Below are positions 59,512 through 64,000 of a stretch of DNA of 64,000 bases, piece by piece. The notes below the pieces were generated by a model. It was not told the origin of the DNA, searched no databases, and worked only from the letters and a program-made list of their open reading frames with translations. The position numbers were made by a program, and so were the translations under genes. Position 1 is the first letter of the stretch. Every line of letters begins with the position of its first letter. The DNA lies in NCBI GenBank assembly GCA_031372705.1, contig JANMLV010000097.1, positions 8,316 to 72,315 on the forward strand, written 5' to 3'. The DNA is from Bacteroidota bacterium. Lineage in GTDB: Bacteria > Bacteroidota > Bacteroidia > Chitinophagales > BACL12.

Positions 59512-60312
59512 TTAATTATTTGCTAATTCAAATTTTATAGGGATGGTAGTTTTTACCCTAACGGCAACACCATTTTGTTTGCCGGGAAACCATTTTGGCA
59601 TGGATTCAACGGCGCGCATTGCTTCTTCATCGCAACCGGAACCAATACCGCGTATTAATTCTACGTTGGAGATAGTGCCGTCAGTATTAATTACAAAACC
59701 AACATATACTGTTCCTTCAGTTCCAATTGATTTCGCATAACTTGGATAACGAACCTGTTTTTGAATCCATCTCTGCATGGCTAAATAACCACCGTTAAAT
59801 TCAGGCATTTGGTCTACAAAAATTTTAATTTCATCTTTTTTGATGTCCGGTTTTAATTCCACTTTTGGTTGATCAATTATTGGAACGTCAACTTTTGGGC
59901 CTTCGGTTGTTTTGTCGCTGATTTCTTTGCCTTTTAAGTCATCAATAGTTGGTGCTTTATCGTCGGTTACTAATTTATCTTCTTTTGCAATAAACTCAGT
60001 ATAAGCCTGAGTTGCTTGATGTACCACTTCTTGAACCGGTGGTTTAGGCAGTTCAACTTTAGGTAATTCAGGCGCAAAATCTACTTTGTCAAGCTTGACA
60101 ATGATAATTGGTTTTTCTTCTACCGCTTCTATTTTTTTGTCGGTTAAGCTGTAAGCAGAAAATGCCGAGGTTAATAAAACGGCAATCAATAACGCACCTT
60201 TAAGGTTGCGAGATGAATCTTTGCGCAATTGATAAGCACCGTAAGCCTTGTTGCGGTTCTCGAAAATAATATCATCAATAGATGATTGGAGATAGCTGTT
60301 TGAATTTTTCAT
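59512..60312 (-). CDS. tonB: Energy transducer TonB
   Basis: N-terminal anchor, Pro/Lys/Glu-rich spacer (PELPKVELPKPPVQE) and a TonB C-terminal domain (GTVYVGFVINTDGTISNVELIRG). The start is trimmed from 60363. Confidence 0.8.
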   Translation of the reverse strand: MKNSNSYLQSSIDDIIFENRNKAYGAYQLRKDSSRNLKGALLIAVLLTSAFSAYSLTDKKIEAVEEKPIIIVKLDKVDFAPELPKVELPKPPVQEVVHQATQAYTEFIAKEDKLVTDDKAPTIDDLKGKEISDKTTEGPKVDVPIIDQPKVELKPDIKKDEIKIFVDQMPEFNGGYLAMQRWIQKQVRYPSYAKSIGTEGTVYVGFVINTDGTISNVELIRGIGSGCDEEAMRAVESMPKWFPGKQNGVAVRVKTTIPIKFELANN

Positions 60313-60367
60313 AGCAGTGAATTTTAAATTGTGATGAAAGTGTAAACCTTTTTCCATAAGCACTTCA

Positions 60368-60895
60368 TTATTTATTTTTTTGGAGTATGTTCAGTTGAAC
60401 TTTTTCATCATCGGTTAATTCTTGAATGGCATAAGTAGGCACATTGGTAATTACCATTTCGTCTAACAGGCTCACCATATCGTTGTAATCGGCTTTATCG
60501 GTAAGTTTAATAATACAAATAAGGCCATTTTCTGCATCTACCAATCGTTGTTCCTTTATTCGATTGTACAATAGTTCACGAATGCCTGTATGCGCATAAT
60601 TGCTTGGTTTCATCTCTTCTGTTTGCAGGCCGTTGTAATAAAATAATTGGTCATTGGCATCTGCAATTAATGTAATTGTTCGGCTGTCGCCCACTGCAGT
60701 TTGCGGACCGGTATTCTCGGGCATGAGCAATTCTATAGCCGTATTATTTTGCAACACGGTAGTCAGCATAAAAAATGAAATCAGTAAAAATGCCAAATCG
60801 ACCATTGGTGTGAGGTCAACAAACAAAGATTTTCGGGTTGAACGGCCATTGTGCTTAGCAACAGTTGCCGAACGGTTGTTTTCCATTTGTGCCAT
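60368..60895 (-). CDS. exbD: ExbD/TolR family biopolymer transport protein
   Basis: LTPMVDLAFLLISFFM TM segment plus a periplasmic domain. The start is trimmed from 60940. Confidence 0.8.
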   Translation of the reverse strand: MAQMENNRSATVAKHNGRSTRKSLFVDLTPMVDLAFLLISFFMLTTVLQNNTAIELLMPENTGPQTAVGDSRTITLIADANDQLFYYNGLQTEEMKPSNYAHTGIRELLYNRIKEQRLVDAENGLICIIKLTDKADYNDMVSLLDEMVITNVPTYAIQELTDDEKVQLNILQKNK

Positions 60896-60997
60896 AACAA
60901 TAAGTTTTACTGCTATGATGTTTAAAACGGAAAATTCCATAAGGAGTTATACCAAAAAACACAATGTGAGAAAACCATGACAGAGCGCAATGCAAGA

Positions 60998-61041
60998 AGC
61001 CTTGATTAGCTTGTCGAACAATCGACAAATTAATCAAGGCT
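60998..61041. other. Long two-tier hairpin between the HlyD-family gene and exbD
   Basis: Outer 11-bp stem AGCCTTGATTA / TAATCAAGGCT encloses an inner 7-bp stem TTGTCGA / TCGACAA with loop ACAA. No clear U-tract on the minus strand. Confidence 0.5.
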
Positions 61042-61079
61042 TTGAGGTTTTAATTAAATTAAAATGTGCGTAGGAAATA

Positions 61080-62384
61080 TTATTTATCCCCCGGCTTTTT
61101 TCCCTCTTCCTTTTCATCTTCCACTTTCACCATATCGCCGGCCTTAAGCACGTTGTTAATGGTATTGTATGGTCCACTGATTATAGTTTGGCCATCGGAT
61201 AAACCTTCTTTTATTTCAATATAATTATCATCTTGTAAACCCGAAACAACAATTACTTCTTTTGCTTTATCGCCATCCATGATGTAAACAATTTCATTTG
61301 TTTTTTTATCAGCTTTATTGCTTGTAGTATCTTCTCGCGTTGTAATTGCTTGAATTGGAATTGATAATACCTTGCGTGCAATATCAGTTTTAATTTCAAC
61401 CGTTGCACTCATGCCCGGATAAAAAGGATATTTGCTTCCAGCTTTTGCTAATAAATCGGCATACGATTCAGGCAATAAATAAATTTTTACTTTAAAGTTT
61501 GTTGCTTGATCGGAAACAGCACTTAAAATACTTCCGCTGCCGGCAGTGTTGGCAATTTGAAAAACAACACCTTTAAATGTGCGGTTCATATATGCATCCA
61601 CTTCAATATCTGCTGTATCGCCAACATCGATGCGCAATACATCGTTTTCGCTAACATCAACCTGAATTTCCATTTGTGTTAAATCGGCAATGCTCATTAA
61701 TTGGTCGCCGGTCATTTGAATGGTACCCAAAACTTTTTCACCCTTCTTTTTATTTAATCCCACAACGGTTCCTGCTGCCGGCGAATAAATAGATGTGCGC
61801 TTAAAATTGTTGCGCATTTCTTTTAACATGGCTTCACTGCTTTTAACAGTGTATTCCATAGCTGTTACACTTTCTTGTGCAATTTCATATTCTGCTTTTG
61901 ATGTTTGAAAAGCTAATTGCGACTGCTCAAATTCCATTTGAGAAATAACTTTATCTTTTAATAATTGCGAGCTTCTATCGAATGCAATTTTAGCGTTATC
62001 GTATTGCAATTTTGATTGTAACACACGCGCTCTGGCACTTGATAATTGCGCTTTGGTATTATCTAATCCTGCTTGTGCTTGTTCAACTTGCGTTTCATAT
62101 AAATCGGGATTAATACGCATTAATAAATCGCCTTCCTTAACCTTATCACCTTCGCGAACAGGTAAATCTACAATCTCTCCTGAAATTTCGGCAGCAATAC
62201 TTACTTGTGTTACGGGATATATTTTTCCGCTTGCGGTTACCGTTTCAATAATATCTCTTTTAACAACTGAATCGGTTGTTACGGCAATTTTAGCGCCGCC
62301 GTTAAACCAACCTTGCTTATTTCCAATAAGGATAACAACAATAAAAATTGCAACAATAACACCTAATATTTTTAATGCACGCAT
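61080..62384 (-). CDS. Efflux transporter periplasmic adaptor (HlyD/MacA/MFP family)
   Basis: N-terminal anchor, lipoyl-like and long coiled-coil hairpin segments, then a beta-barrel domain. Confidence 0.85.
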   Translation of the reverse strand: MRALKILGVIVAIFIVVILIGNKQGWFNGGAKIAVTTDSVVKRDIIETVTASGKIYPVTQVSIAAEISGEIVDLPVREGDKVKEGDLLMRINPDLYETQVEQAQAGLDNTKAQLSSARARVLQSKLQYDNAKIAFDRSSQLLKDKVISQMEFEQSQLAFQTSKAEYEIAQESVTAMEYTVKSSEAMLKEMRNNFKRTSIYSPAAGTVVGLNKKKGEKVLGTIQMTGDQLMSIADLTQMEIQVDVSENDVLRIDVGDTADIEVDAYMNRTFKGVVFQIANTAGSGSILSAVSDQATNFKVKIYLLPESYADLLAKAGSKYPFYPGMSATVEIKTDIARKVLSIPIQAITTREDTTSNKADKKTNEIVYIMDGDKAKEVIVVSGLQDDNYIEIKEGLSDGQTIISGPYNTINNVLKAGDMVKVEDEKEEGKKPGDK

Positions 62385-62395
62385 AATAATTCTAT

Positions 62396-63736
62396 TTAAA
62401 ATTCTAATGGTTTGTCTAGGTAATAATCAATAATTTTCGATTTGAATATCAAATCGTATTTGGTTTGCACTAATGTGGATTCTGCTTGTGCTTTTGTATT
62501 AATTGCATTGGTATAATCGAACGATGATGCCGTTCCCATATTAAATTTTTTCTCTGCAAATTCAAATGCATTGGTTGCTGCTTCAAAACTTTTTTCTGCT
62601 GCCGCATAAGATGCCATGGCTGCTTTTAAATCGTTAATTGCTTGCGTTACGTTTTGGCGCATGGTATTAATGGCAATTTGTTGATTTAATTGGGTGTTGA
62701 TATAAGCAAGATTTGCATTCTCTTTATTAATTAAAACTGTTCCGTTATTAAAAATGGGAATTTGCAACGAAACGCCAACTACCTCACTTAAGTTGTTATT
62801 TATTTGTGTGCCATAAGGCTCTGATTCTGTTATGAATGGTGGATAAATGGCATTGGAGTAATTTGTTCCAACTTGACCTATTAAACTCAATGTTGGCAAT
62901 GCTCCTGCAGCGGCAATTTTTTTGGCATACTCATCGCTTTGCAATTGATAACCGAATTTTTTTATGCTCGCTCTATTTTCAATTGCGTAATTAGCAACTG
63001 TAAGTGCATCGGGAACGGGAGCATATAATATTTTATCGAGTTGATTAATATCCGGAAATGCAATTGATATATTTTCTGAAACATCTAATTGCAATAATAA
63101 TTTTAAATCGAGCTTAGTTTTATCGAGTTGATTTGCAGCTTGGATTTGCGCCAATTGGTCTTGAGCTAATTGCGCTTCTAAGGTTAATAAATTGCCTTCA
63201 GGTATGCTTCCTGCTTGTGCCAATTTTTGCGAATTGTTTAATTGCACTTCAGTGGTGTTAATTTTTTGTCCTGCAATTTTCACTTGTTCCTCTGCAAACA
63301 TCACAGCGAGGTAGGCAACAATAACTTGAAATTGGACATTCTCAACTACCTCCTTATAATTCATTCCCGATACTTCTAAATCGGTTTTGCTTTTTTGAAT
63401 GGTATTATAAATGCTGCCGCCGCTAAATAAACTTAAGGTAGAGGTTGCTTGATATCCATTGGTTTGGAAACTATTAGAAAGCGGCAAGTTGGTAACCGGG
63501 TCGATGGTATAACCGAAGTTCCAAAAATACGATGAACCTGCATTTAGGTTTGGCAATAAAAGCAACTTACTCTGATTAGCCGCTTTTGCCGAAAACTCGA
63601 CTCCGGCTTCTACCTGCTTTAAGGTAAGGTTATTATCGGTGGCAATGGTAATACATTCCTGTAAGGTAAGTGTCTTCTGCGCTAAAAGCATTCCTTGAAC
63701 ACCAAATAATATTGCAATGATGAATAATTTTTTCAT
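62396..63736 (-). CDS. TolC family outer-membrane efflux protein
   Basis: Signal peptide and duplicated OEP repeats with long coiled-coil segments, about 445 aa. Confidence 0.85.
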   Translation of the reverse strand: MKKLFIIAILFGVQGMLLAQKTLTLQECITIATDNNLTLKQVEAGVEFSAKAANQSKLLLLPNLNAGSSYFWNFGYTIDPVTNLPLSNSFQTNGYQATSTLSLFSGGSIYNTIQKSKTDLEVSGMNYKEVVENVQFQVIVAYLAVMFAEEQVKIAGQKINTTEVQLNNSQKLAQAGSIPEGNLLTLEAQLAQDQLAQIQAANQLDKTKLDLKLLLQLDVSENISIAFPDINQLDKILYAPVPDALTVANYAIENRASIKKFGYQLQSDEYAKKIAAAGALPTLSLIGQVGTNYSNAIYPPFITESEPYGTQINNNLSEVVGVSLQIPIFNNGTVLINKENANLAYINTQLNQQIAINTMRQNVTQAINDLKAAMASYAAAEKSFEAATNAFEFAEKKFNMGTASSFDYTNAINTKAQAESTLVQTKYDLIFKSKIIDYYLDKPLEF

Positions 63737-63919
63737 GACGGGCTAAAATTACCTCAATTTTGACGAGTGGGTTAAAGTTTTAGATAAATTAAGACATTTT
63801 AAGGATTAATGGAGCAAATAGGATAAAAGTTACAGCTTTACTGACGCTTTTCATTCAATGTTAAGCGATTATGAATTGATAAATTCGGCAAATTTGGATG
63901 AAGCAGTTAACTTTACGGC

Positions 63920-64000
63920 ATGGGAATAATCACGGATCCGGATGGTTTTTTTATGGATGAGGCCTTAAAAATGGCAGAAAAGGCATTGCAGGAAGACGAG
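63920..64000 (+). CDS. tadA: tRNA adenosine(34) deaminase TadA-like, N-terminal fragment
   Basis: The open frame ...FFMDEALKMAEKALQEDE resembles the usual FM..AL..A..A....E start of TadA-type deaminases. Truncated by the window edge; the start is ATG 63920 or 63953. Confidence 0.45.
   Translation, partial: MGIITDPDGFFMDEALKMAEKALQEDE

Overview
AT-rich, gene-dense chromosomal segment, almost certainly from a member of Bacteroidota. Supporting evidence: gliding-motility lipoproteins GldB and GldD; type A and type B T9SS C-terminal sorting domains; a PorP/SprF gene; an IPExxxVDY-family protein; a 29-aa bS22-like peptide gene; and recurrent TAnnTTTG(CAC) -7 promoter boxes without Shine-Dalgarno sites. 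I call about 50 protein-coding genes. Most are housekeeping: secA, ligA, recG, mutY, ssb, rng, rnc, acpP-fabF, pyk, nadE, lysA, gmk, trmB, rpsT, deoC and a murF-alr fusion. The rest are envelope or transport genes: two POT peptide transporters, TolC/HlyD, ExbD/TonB, an ABC exporter, two EamA transporters and TauE with a rhodanese. I saw no rRNA, tRNA, CRISPR, cas, transposase, integrase, reverse transcriptase, phage or recognisable defence genes. I therefore do not claim a novel multi-gene system.

The least explained signal is a non-coding repeat family built from phased 8-bp units (ATGTGCAA-like). It occurs at two loci. One is a six-copy tandem array of 117-158 bp units directly behind an alkyltransferase-like gene (6975-7735). 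The other is a 230-bp block between gldD and recG (27200-27434). The reverse complement of the core matches the extended promoter -7 box used elsewhere in this window.

Other points worth a second look:
- a promoter, stem-loops and intrinsic terminator upstream of lysA
- the bS22-like mini-gene, which is missing from the ORF track
- probable leaderless starts of the form TTTGCACT-RTG
- terminators that abut start codons
- two large lineage-specific envelope proteins (769 aa and about 1150 aa)

All calls come from reading the sequence and the ORF translations. No database search was possible.
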